A DNA stretch of 22,687 bases, from the NCBI GenBank assembly GCA_034440375.1, contig JAWXBZ010000013.1, positions 1 through 22,687 on the forward strand, given 5' to 3'. The DNA is from Candidatus Eiseniibacteriota bacterium. Its GTDB lineage: Bacteria > Eisenbacteria > RBG-16-71-46 > JABDJR01 > JAWXBZ01. Shown piece by piece: positions 8,099 to 15,392 of the stretch. Under the pieces are notes generated by a model. It was not told the DNA's origin. It saw only the letters and a list, made by a program, of their open reading frames with translations, and did no database searches. The translations under genes and the position numbers were made by a program. Position 1 is the first letter of the stretch; the number at the start of each line of letters is the position of its first letter.

Positions 8099-9666
8099 AT
8101 GGCCGGGTTCACTTCGAACGAGGCGCTCGGCGGGCGCCCACGGCCGGATCGCTGACGCGCGGTTCGCGGGCGAATCAGCAGGTGCTCGACGAGGAGAACG
8201 AGTGGCGGGTCCATCTCAGCCGGCGCCCTGAACCGGGCTCGCGCCGCCTGGTAGAGCTCGTGCGTCGTGAAAGCTGCCGTGCCGGTTCGCCGGATCCAGG
8301 CCAGGATGTACCGCGCATCCCGTGCAATCGGATTGGCCGACATCATGTCGAAGGCGCTTCCGGCGTGGGCGCGGAGATAGTCCGCGAGTCGGAGGGCCCG
8401 CCGCATCTCCCCCTCACCGATCTGCTCGAACTGGCCCCCCTGGCGCAGGCCGGCCCGGTCCGCCAGGTGCAGCAGGCCGGCAAGCCGGACCAGGGTGCCC
8501 CCCAGCTTGTTCCCCCAGTCAGCAATACTCTCGAGCTCTCCGGACGGCCCGAGATGCTTCTCGATCGTGCCCTTGAATTCCACCAGGAGGGCGTAGGCTT
8601 TTCGATGAAGGTCGATCATGTCGGGTCTGATCTCCCCCGTCTCGTCCTTTTCCACCGGGATCCGGAGCAGTGCGGCAATCGCCTCTTCATAAGCCGCCCG
8701 GACTTGCTCCGGCACCGGAGGCGAATCAGCCAGCCGCTCGCCGACCAGACTCGTCGGAACGGACCAGAGGAACCTGGCCAAAAGGCCTCGACCCCGGAAC
8801 CCCTTCTTCTCCTGGAGGCCCGTGATGACGTCGGGCTGGATGGCCAGGCCGATCGTGATCGCCGGATTCCGGACCGACCCACCGGAACGGCTGATCCGAT
8901 CCGTCGAGATCGGGCTGCCGCTGTGCCCCTTCAGATAGATGTCGATGTTCGGAACGCCTTCCGAATAGCGGCCACCCATGAGCTCAAACGGCCCCCCCTC
9001 GTCCGACAGAATTCCGATCCGCCCGCCCTGCTGGCGCAGGACGACTTCCAGGGATTCGGCGGTCACGTCGTCGAGGATCATCCGAAGCTGGGCGGGCACA
9101 TAGAGGGCTGCCTGTTCGAGGACAGCCTCCTCAATCTCCTTCAGCAGCCTGACGTGCCGCTCCGCATCACCGGCCTTGGCCGCCTGTATCTTCAGATGGT
9201 CAATCCGCTTCGTAGCCACGTCATATCGAGCCGCCGCCGCCCGGATCTGCGGCTCCATGCGCCGCTGTTCCTCCGCCACGTACTGAGCCACCGGCCGGAT
9301 GGCCGCGGTGAACGCCGGACTCTTCGATTCCCCCGGCTTCAGCGCGACGGCCACATACAGGTTCAGCGGTTCATCCCAATCCGGGCGGACCTGCACCTTG
9401 AGCTTCTTCGCGCACGAGAGGGACAGGATGGCCAGGGCGAGCATCGCGGGCAGATCGACGGGACACTGCAGAGCCTCGGCGAGGGCGACCACCCAGTTCT
9501 TGAGCCAGGGGGGAAGGACCTCCGCCGGGAAGGCCGGCACGTTGGCTGTCTGTCCGAGCGGCAGCGGATTGCCCCAGGGTTCGCCCGATCCGTCTATCGG
9601 TTCAGCACCGGCGAAGGGGTCGGAAGGCAATGTGCCATCGCGGTGCCGGTCGTTGTCGTCCTTCAC
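7951..9666 (-). CDS. DUF3987 / YfjI-family protein (putative replication helicase-like)
   Basis: P-loop-like 'LKPGESKS', plus 'DVTAESL', 'LSDEG', 'DRISR', 'IQP' and 'GLLARFL'. GTG at 9666 has a GAGGAGG RBS and overlaps the upstream stop (GTGA). Confidence 0.85.
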   Translation of the reverse strand: MKDDNDRHRDGTLPSDPFAGAEPIDGSGEPWGNPLPLGQTANVPAFPAEVLPPWLKNWVVALAEALQCPVDLPAMLALAILSLSCAKKLKVQVRPDWDEPLNLYVAVALKPGESKSPAFTAAIRPVAQYVAEEQRRMEPQIRAAAARYDVATKRIDHLKIQAAKAGDAERHVRLLKEIEEAVLEQAALYVPAQLRMILDDVTAESLEVVLRQQGGRIGILSDEGGPFELMGGRYSEGVPNIDIYLKGHSGSPISTDRISRSGGSVRNPAITIGLAIQPDVITGLQEKKGFRGRGLLARFLWSVPTSLVGERLADSPPVPEQVRAAYEEAIAALLRIPVEKDETGEIRPDMIDLHRKAYALLVEFKGTIEKHLGPSGELESIADWGNKLGGTLVRLAGLLHLADRAGLRQGGQFEQIGEGEMRRALRLADYLRAHAGSAFDMMSANPIARDARYILAWIRRTGTAAFTTHELYQAARARFRAPAEMDPPLVLLVEHLLIRPRTARQRSGRGRPPSASFEVNPAIHSQNSRNSEAPAMDGDFVNFVHGSEQPQNQSPTFNDPVGASQEVTDHV

Positions 9667-10661
9667 CGGACCACCTCCTCGCTCGGCCGGCTGCGAAAGA
9701 CCTGGCAACGCCCGTGAAGGGTCGCGACGATCTGGTGTGCGTAACGCTCTCCCGGTTCGTCGTGGTGAGTTCGGATCACGACGCGGCATCCGTCCGGGAT
9801 CCGGTCGGCGATCTCCTGCGACCAAGCCCCGGCTTCAACACCGAAGCAGGCGGGGCCTTGAGCCTCGGCCTCGCGCTGGCGAGCCGCCCAGGTGAGCCAG
9901 TCGGGCTCGCCTTCAGAGACGACAGCCTCCCGCGGATCCCACCAGTCCGGAACGATTCCGGAGAGGAGCTGCGCGCCAACTGGGTCGGCCAGGACAAGCC
10001 CCTTCACCGAGAAACCGGCCGGGGCCAGAGATTTTGGCGTCGTGGCGGGGTCGGTGCAGCGAGCACGTAGCGAAACCGCTTGGCCGCCGTCGTCCCACAG
10101 TCGAAAGATGACCCGGTGGCCGGTCTCCATCCAGGAACCGCCCCGGCTGCACGCCCAGCGAGGCAGGCTGTGGCCCGAGCGAGGCGCCCGGGCGAGGTCC
10201 CACAGCTCCGTCCGTTCGATTATCAGATCTGCCTCGTCACCGAAGCGGCGACGAAACCACCTGGCGACCTCCGGATCCGAGCCGACCGGAAGCGAGGAGG
10301 ACCAGATGGCCTCGACCTCACCAGAAGGCGGCCGCTTGATGGCCTGATCGATCAGGGCTGAGAGATCGACCTTCGGTACATAGGTCTGGTCGCGGAAACG
10401 CCCGTTCGGTATGGCCCTCGGCGTCCGCTCGCCGCACCGAATCCCCCGCCGGATGTGCCCAAGGGCTTCGCGCTCCGGGAGTCCAGTCCCAGTGGCCGCG
10501 TCAAGCAGGAGACCTTCGGCCTCGGACTGTTCGATTTGACCCGCCCCGACGAATCCGCCAATCGACGCAGCGGCGCGAAAGACAGCGCAAGCACGACCGG
10601 ATGAGCTTCCGCGCAGGGCCCCGATCTCTGCGGCAACCGCCGCTCGGACGTAGGCCGTCAT
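9663..10661 (-). CDS. Primase-like protein: N-terminal PriCT-like helical region plus C-terminal Toprim-like domain
   Basis: 'VVSEGEPDWLT' and 'RVVIRTHHDEPGERYA' resemble Toprim motifs; the N-terminal 'GRACAVFRAAASIG...LPEREALGHIRRG' resembles primase C-terminal helices. Start chosen from the ATGA overlap. Confidence 0.65.
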   Translation of the reverse strand: MTAYVRAAVAAEIGALRGSSSGRACAVFRAAASIGGFVGAGQIEQSEAEGLLLDAATGTGLPEREALGHIRRGIRCGERTPRAIPNGRFRDQTYVPKVDLSALIDQAIKRPPSGEVEAIWSSSLPVGSDPEVARWFRRRFGDEADLIIERTELWDLARAPRSGHSLPRWACSRGGSWMETGHRVIFRLWDDGGQAVSLRARCTDPATTPKSLAPAGFSVKGLVLADPVGAQLLSGIVPDWWDPREAVVSEGEPDWLTWAARQREAEAQGPACFGVEAGAWSQEIADRIPDGCRVVIRTHHDEPGERYAHQIVATLHGRCQVFRSRPSEEVVR

Positions 10662-10768
10662 CGGGTCGCGTCCTTCGCGGAGCGCGTGGTCCAGGAGGCT
10701 GTCACTGGATGGATGGGGCAATCGTTCGGGTGGGATCGCCGGCAGGCAGAGGTAAGCAGATTCCTCAT
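10658..10768 (-). CDS. Small 36-aa leader ORF (not in ORF track)
   Basis: MRNLLTSACRRSHPNDCPIHPVTASWTTRSAKDATR*. AAGGGAG lies upstream, and the stop overlaps the primase-like ATG (ATGA). Confidence 0.45.
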   Translation of the reverse strand: MRNLLTSACRRSHPNDCPIHPVTASWTTRSAKDATR

Positions 10769-10865
10769 GAAGTCTCACTCCCTTGATCCAGGCACAAGTC
10801 CGTAGGTCTGATCGCGCATGGGCGCGCGTCTCAATGGGGCGAGTGATGACGGATTCGGAAAAGCC

Positions 10866-10896
10866 CGACCAATCTAAATGTTGTTTAGGTTGGTCG
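10866..10896. promoter_or_regulatory. 13-bp inverted repeat upstream of the replication/integration operon
   Basis: CGACCAATCTAAA-tgttg-TTTAGGTTGGTCG, 12/13 match. Confidence 0.55.
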
Positions 10897-11089
10897 ACAT
10901 CTCCGGTCCCCGATCGCGTCTGAACCCCACTTGCGAAAGGGGGGCATCAGGCTCCGGCGGGGACACGATCCCCTACCCCCGTTGCTTACTTACCCGGGGA
11001 TGGGTTGGAACGTCGGAGCGGGAGCAGCGCTGCTTTCAACGTCTGGTGCACCGGCACTCCCCGGGAACGGAGGGTGTCTGGGGCAGGCT

Positions 11090-11132
11090 GGTTCCTTCCA
11101 GCGCGAGGCCCCTCGGGTGCCGGCAACCCCGC
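11090..11132 (+). other. Lambda cosQ/cosN-like motif
   Basis: GGTTCCT, then 22 nt, then GCCGGCAACCCCGC; lambda as recalled has GGGTCCT, 24 nt, GGCGGCGACCTCGC. Confidence 0.4.
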
Positions 11133-11164
11133 TATTTGTGTCGTCGGAGGCTTCCGAAACAAGT

Positions 11165-11208
11165 TAACACCCGTAACACCCGTTCCAGTGTTCCACTCGT
11201 TCCACGCG
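11165..11208 (+). repeat. Tandem ~9-bp repeats
   Basis: TAACACCCG TAACACCCG TTCCAGTG TTCCACTCG TTCCACGCG. Confidence 0.7.
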
Positions 11209-11361
11209 CGAAGGGCCGCGTCGGCAGCTCTTGATCGCCAGCGGCACAAAACCTTTCTGGTCGTCGAATGGGGCTTGTACAATGCAATTCAGCGACCCGA
11301 TGTCGAGCGTGGCCTTCCAACAGGTCGCTTCCGATACGAAACAGCAGGAGGTTGTGAACTC

Positions 11362-11796
11362 ATGACGCGTGATGGTCTGCAGTGGAAACGTGACTTTCCG
11401 ATGACAGAAGAAGTTGAGGATTTTTCGGGAAAGATCAGGCGCTTTCTAATTTCGTGCCACGAAGGCGCACTTGGATTCACGGTTCGCGCGGAGGAGAATG
11501 GCACCGAGGGCAACGGTTACCAGTTCGGGGTGTATAGCGAGACCAGCCCGTATGCTGCATTCGGTCGCCTTCGTGACAAGATGCGCCGGGCACTCGCCAC
11601 TCGTCATCTCAGCGGGTCCGCCGGCTCACCTCAGATGATGCATGACACTCTCCGGGGTCGGATTACCTCAGACGGTGATCGGGGAGTGCTCTTTGTGGTT
11701 GACGGCATCCCCCTCGAACTCGACAAATTCGCCGGCATGCTTGCCTCTCTCGAGGGATGGGAGTTCGAACTTCAGATCAAGAGCGCGCTCGAATGA
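11362..11796 (+). CDS. Hypothetical protein (144 aa)
   Basis: AGGAGG precedes ATG 11362; globular-looking sequence 'GYQFGV...LRGRI...VVDG...LEGWEFELQI'. The upstream ORF-track extension crosses repeats and is probably non-coding. Confidence 0.7.
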   Translation: MTRDGLQWKRDFPMTEEVEDFSGKIRRFLISCHEGALGFTVRAEENGTEGNGYQFGVYSETSPYAAFGRLRDKMRRALATRHLSGSAGSPQMMHDTLRGRITSDGDRGVLFVVDGIPLELDKFAGMLASLEGWEFELQIKSALE

Positions 11797-11851
11797 GGAG
11801 TGTCGCGCGCACCGACCCGGCGACGTTCGTCGTTCGCCGTCGCAGGGTCAT
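11777..11851 (-). pseudogene. abiEii: Truncated AbiEii toxin (first 24 codons only)
   Basis: ATGA-coupled to the abiEi stop; reads MTLRRRTTNVAGSVRATLLIRARS*, resembling the 'NxAASVRARLLNxAR' N-terminus of AbiEii toxins. Confidence 0.65.
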
Positions 11852-12435
11852 CCGACGGCCTCAAGGTACGGGCGGATCACCCGCGTCACGCGGTCAACCT
11901 CGGCGAATTGCCAGAGGGCATCGAGGTGCTTCGGATGGACCCGCCGGTACTCGCGCAGCGCCTCGACGGCCACGTCGGTACCGATCTTGTTGCGAAACTT
12001 GAAACAATCGGCGACGGTCTTTGCTGCGCTGAAGACACGTAGCCGCACGCCGCCAACGTCGTGCTCCGCCACCCCTTCGTTCAGAGCGGCGCCAGACAGG
12101 TAAACAAGACGAAGCGGCGGATGCTCAGTGCGCGGCCGCCACGCCTTCCGATCAATGGCCAGCCACACCTCGAAAGGGCTCTGCGTCGTCAGACCGTGGA
12201 ACCGAAGCGCTGACAGCAGGCACACAATACCCCCCGGGACGAGACGGGCCGCCTCCGCCAGATCGTTCCGTTCAGTGATCGGCGCTCCGGACTTTCGGTA
12301 GAGGCCACGCCCAACTCGCTCGATGACGCCCTGTTCGCGCAGGCGCCGGATCTCAGTTCGCGAGATCCCCGCACGCTCCAGGTCACGAGAGCGGGCAATC
12401 CCCGCCTTCCTGAGCACGGTCACGGCATGATCCAT
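11848..12435 (-). CDS. abiEi: Type IV TA antitoxin AbiEi (wHTH transcriptional regulator)
   Basis: 'GIARSRDL...IERVGRGLY', 'CLLSALRFHGLTTQ' and 'KTVADCFKFRNKIGTDVAVEAL'. ATG 12435 is the likely start. Confidence 0.9.
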   Translation of the reverse strand: MDHAVTVLRKAGIARSRDLERAGISRTEIRRLREQGVIERVGRGLYRKSGAPITERNDLAEAARLVPGGIVCLLSALRFHGLTTQSPFEVWLAIDRKAWRPRTEHPPLRLVYLSGAALNEGVAEHDVGGVRLRVFSAAKTVADCFKFRNKIGTDVAVEALREYRRVHPKHLDALWQFAEVDRVTRVIRPYLEAVG

Positions 12436-12443
12436 GGAAGCTT

Positions 12444-12493
12444 TTGTCACAAATCCTCGGCTTTCGTTTATAAGTGCCGAGATATTGTAACAA
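12444..12493. promoter_or_regulatory. Inverted-repeat operator candidate for AbiEi autoregulation
   Basis: TTGTCACAAATCCTCGGC...GCCGAGATATTGTAACAA (14/18) immediately upstream of abiEi; a further TTGTGACA near 12525. Confidence 0.6.
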
Positions 12494-12551
12494 GCAGTTA
12501 TCAGTGCGCAATAGCCAGATTGCCTTGTGACAGAAGGATTTTTGAGCGCAG

Positions 12552-13181
12552 TCAATCATCTGGCCCCCGATGCGCCGTCGCATCCTCGTCGACCCAGTCC
12601 TCCTCCTCCCACGACATCCCCTTTCGGCCCGGCACCTTCCGCGTCGGCCCCGGCTTGTACCACGGACAACTTTTCGGCCCGTAGCAGAAAGTTTCACGCC
12701 GGTATCGCCGCACCGAGGGATTCCAGTGGTCGATGATCATCTCCACGGCCATCTCGCATCCCCAGATGCACGCGGAGCATTTCGTGGAGTAGGTCGCGGC
12801 GGCAAGTCGCCGATGCCGCCGTTCCCGATAAACATCGAGGGCCGGCGGCACGCCCAAGAAAGGCGGCGCATGCCCGAGGCTCTCGCCCGCTCGACCGAGG
12901 ACCTTCAGCCCGCTTGCCTTGTAAATGTCGGCCGTCTCCACCCGCCTATCCTCGACACGCTCGCCGACGCCTGAAACACGGTCTCCGGAACGGAACTCGT
13001 GTTTCTCGTGCGCGGCCTTGCCGACCGCGACTGCAAACTCCCCCGCTTCTCCGGCGAGCTTCCCGCGGACCCGCAGAACGAAACCGAGGTACGTATGGGA
13101 GCTCTCGTCAAAGCTCCGGGTGAGCCGGATACGAGGCTGGACCGAAAGGATGTCACCATCCCAATTGAGCTTGCTGTTCAT
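12552..13181 (-). CDS. Cys-rich hypothetical protein (possible Zn-binding)
   Basis: 209 aa from ATG 13181; beta-rich N-terminal half, then CSACIWGC and FCYGPKSC, and an acidic tail. Confidence 0.75.
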   Translation of the reverse strand: MNSKLNWDGDILSVQPRIRLTRSFDESSHTYLGFVLRVRGKLAGEAGEFAVAVGKAAHEKHEFRSGDRVSGVGERVEDRRVETADIYKASGLKVLGRAGESLGHAPPFLGVPPALDVYRERRHRRLAAATYSTKCSACIWGCEMAVEMIIDHWNPSVRRYRRETFCYGPKSCPWYKPGPTRKVPGRKGMSWEEEDWVDEDATAHRGPDD

Positions 13182-13437
13182 GTGGATCTGATCCCTGCAC
13201 CCTCGCGTTAACGATTGCAGAAAGTACCCCCCAGCGGGCCTTTTTGAAATCAGTAGCGTCCGTGCATTCCCAACATGTGGAACCGCAGCTTCGACCCAGG
13301 AATACGCGTGGGGCGCCGCCAGGGCCCCAGGGCCCAAACTGGAGGCCATCCTGATAGACCTCTCCACCTCGGTGCCACCAATCCGCTAGCCCAGGGCCGT
13401 CCGCCAACCGGACAGAAACCGTCCGGCCAATTGACAT
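13153..13437 (-). CDS. Possible small hypothetical protein
   Basis: 94-aa ATG ORF that fills the gap and overlaps the next gene's start; no recognised motif. Confidence 0.25.
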   Translation of the reverse strand: MSIGRTVSVRLADGPGLADWWHRGGEVYQDGLQFGPWGPGGAPRVFLGRSCGSTCWECTDATDFKKARWGVLSAIVNARVQGSDPHEQQAQLGW

Positions 13438-13551
13438 CCTAACCTACTGTAAAAGATGCACTTGCCGTCTGAATTGCCTTCCATTCGCCCGCCCAAAGCT
13501 CGTCACTGTCCATGCGGCGAGCATGGTGCCCGGCGCGGATAGGAGGCCAGC

Positions 13552-13764
13552 ATGCAAATGACTCGGACCAACCCGGAACCCCTCGACGAATTCGTTAAGA
13601 GCCTCACCGAAATCGGGACCGTCCTGGAAGCCCTCAAGGATGCCACCGACGAGCACTTCGATTTGGCGCCGGAAGAAATCACCTGGGCCAACGTAGGCGA
13701 CGCCAAGCGCACCCTTCACGGTCTCCAAGAGATGCTCGACGTCATTCGTGGCGAGGTGAAATGA
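13552..13764 (+). CDS. Small prophage-type hypothetical protein
   Basis: AGGAGG RBS; 'LDEF...DEHF...PEEITWANVG' resembles small helical proteins I associate with prophages. Confidence 0.75.
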   Translation: MQMTRTNPEPLDEFVKSLTEIGTVLEALKDATDEHFDLAPEEITWANVGDAKRTLHGLQEMLDVIRGEVK

Positions 13765-13994
13765 CCATGGCCGCCACCGCACCATATTTCGGATTTCGGG
13801 AACACCAGGTCTTCTGGTCAGAGAGAGGCAGCATCGTCTGCGCCTGTTGCCACATCCCCTACCCCGGGTCGGATACCTGGGTGTGGGAACGCTGGGAAGA
13901 GATTACGCCCGCGACCATGGCGGAAATCGACCGTGAGGGCTGGCACGTGGCGTGCGAAGGGTGTGGCAAAGAGCCGCGCCGGATCGTGCGCTGA
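13761..13994 (+). CDS. Small putative zinc-finger protein
   Basis: ATGA overlap with the upstream gene; CACC and CEGC motifs. Confidence 0.65.
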   Translation: MTMAATAPYFGFREHQVFWSERGSIVCACCHIPYPGSDTWVWERWEEITPATMAEIDREGWHVACEGCGKEPRRIVR

Positions 13995-14016
13995 ATCCAA
14001 CCGAGAGGAACCAGTC

Positions 14017-14331
14017 AGGAGCAAGCCGAAGAGCACCACCAAGAAGGCCGCCCCTAAGGCGGCGGCCGACAGCCCCAAGGAATCGGTGGTCGTGACGTCG
14101 GCCAGCAAGCAGGCGACGAAGCACGCGGCCAAGGAGCCTCGTGAGAAGGCGCCGAAGGACGACATGATGGTCTTCGCGTTCCGCCTGTCCAAGGAGGAGA
14201 GCGCGGCGATCCACAAGGCCGCCGGCCCAGGCAAAGCGTCGAAGTTCGCCCGGACCCTCCTGGTCGCCGCCGCCCGGAACGACGAAGCGGAGGTGAAGGC
14301 GATCCTGAAGGCGGTCCAGACCAACGCGTAG
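14017..14331 (+). CDS. Lys/Ala-rich protein with C-terminal ribbon-helix-helix-like domain; start codon possibly mutated
   Basis: KKAAPK-rich N-terminus, then 'VFAFRLSKEESAAIHKAA...ASKFARTLLVAAA'. GAGAGGA is followed 7 nt later by AGG rather than ATG. Confidence 0.55.
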   Translation, partial: RSKPKSTTKKAAPKAAADSPKESVVVTSASKQATKHAAKEPREKAPKDDMMVFAFRLSKEESAAIHKAAGPGKASKFARTLLVAAARNDEAEVKAILKAVQTNA

Positions 14332-14355
14332 CGCACACCGATTCACGATCCCGTC

Positions 14356-14383
14356 GACCTCTCGAAATCATCGAGGGGTCTTC
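14356..14383 (+). terminator. Hairpin between convergent genes
   Basis: GACCTCTCGA-aatca-TCGAGGGGTC followed by TTC; the U-tract is weak. Confidence 0.45.
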
Positions 14384-14426
14384 GGCCTTCAGGCCACAAG
14401 CCCGCCCGAAGTGGTGATCATTCTCG

Positions 14427-15392
14427 TCATGGACCCGCCGCCTTGTGCTTCCGGGCATTCTGAACCTTCCAGAGCAGGGGCGGAAACTGAGCGACCCGAT
14501 CGGCGAGCAGGGCGTCATCCGGGAACAGAAGTTCCGGCCGAAGTTCGCCGAGTTGCAGGCGATCAACAAACTCTCTCTCGGCATCATCAAGATCCATCAA
14601 GTGGCCGACAGCGGCCCAAGCCTGCTAGACAAGTTCCGATGCCGAAGCGGGCCCTCTTCCAGCCAACATCGACACCAGCTCCATGTCGACCTGAGCTTGA
14701 TCGACTCGATTGAGGCGCTCCCGTTTGTACGCATGAAGAGGGTGGTCCAGCATGCCAGAGAATGCCACGAAGAGCCTCTTGAATTGGTGGGAATGCCAGA
14801 ACTGGATTGCGATCTTCGGCAATCGTGTGGCGTCATAGAGGTCCCTCGGTCGGCACCGACTCATCAAAGCACAGAGTTTTCCGGCGCAGATGTCCTCCAG
14901 TCCCGCCAGAGTCAGCTCGGGCCGAGGGAATTCACCTGGCTGCCACATGGGCTCCTTGCGAGTCGATCCGAATCCGATGCGGTGGACGAAATTCAGATCG
15001 ATCTCGATCCGGTCCCGGATCCCTGCCAGGTTGACGTAGCTGAAATAGATTTTGCGGCCGGCATGATCGTCCCCAGAGCGTTGGAGAAGATACCCTTGTG
15101 ATCGACCGATATCCTCCACAACCTTTTCGATCCGCGGACGCTCCCGCAACATCCCATCCCGGTCCGGGGCGCCGACATAATTGAAATCGAGGTCGACGGA
15201 CAGCCGCGGTGGCGGTCCGAAGAAGAGATTCAACGCGGTTCCACCCTTCAGTACCAGCGTCGACCCGAGCAGCGGATGTGGACCGATCTGCGAAGCGATC
15301 CCGCCCAGGCGAATTACCTTCTCGAGCGATTCCGCTCGAAAGCCAGTCTCCACGCTCAATGTGCGGATGGTCTCAGGGTCCAGGTTCTCCAC
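14427..15392 (-). pseudogene. abiEii: AbiEii nucleotidyltransferase toxin interrupted by an in-frame TAG at 14625-14627
   Basis: 'LKGGTALNL...RLSVDLDF', 'GKLCAL' and 'RDLYD'. The same frame continues 65 codons past the TAG (QAWAAV...LRPELLF...PPLLWKVQNARKH) to TGA at 14427. Confidence 0.85.

Noticed and set aside
8095-9717. 540-aa plus-strand ORF (also 6537-7520 and 6310-7428)
   Set aside because: They overlap the DUF3987 and integrase genes, which carry clear motifs; the sequences are Arg/Pro-rich or featureless.
11165-11208. CRISPR mini-array (also the 7911-8098 repeats)
   Set aside because: Units are ~9 bp with no spacers, and there are no cas genes.
11005-11361. N-terminal extensions in the ORF track (also 9825, 12555, 13367, 20054, 22146)
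   Set aside because: Downstream starts have better RBSs, stop/start overlaps or family-like N-termini; the extensions cross repeats, operators or neighbouring genes.
14625-14627. Genome-wide TAG recoding
   Set aside because: TAG terminates other genes at plausible ends (3487, 6396, 14331), and no other in-frame TAG interruptions were seen.
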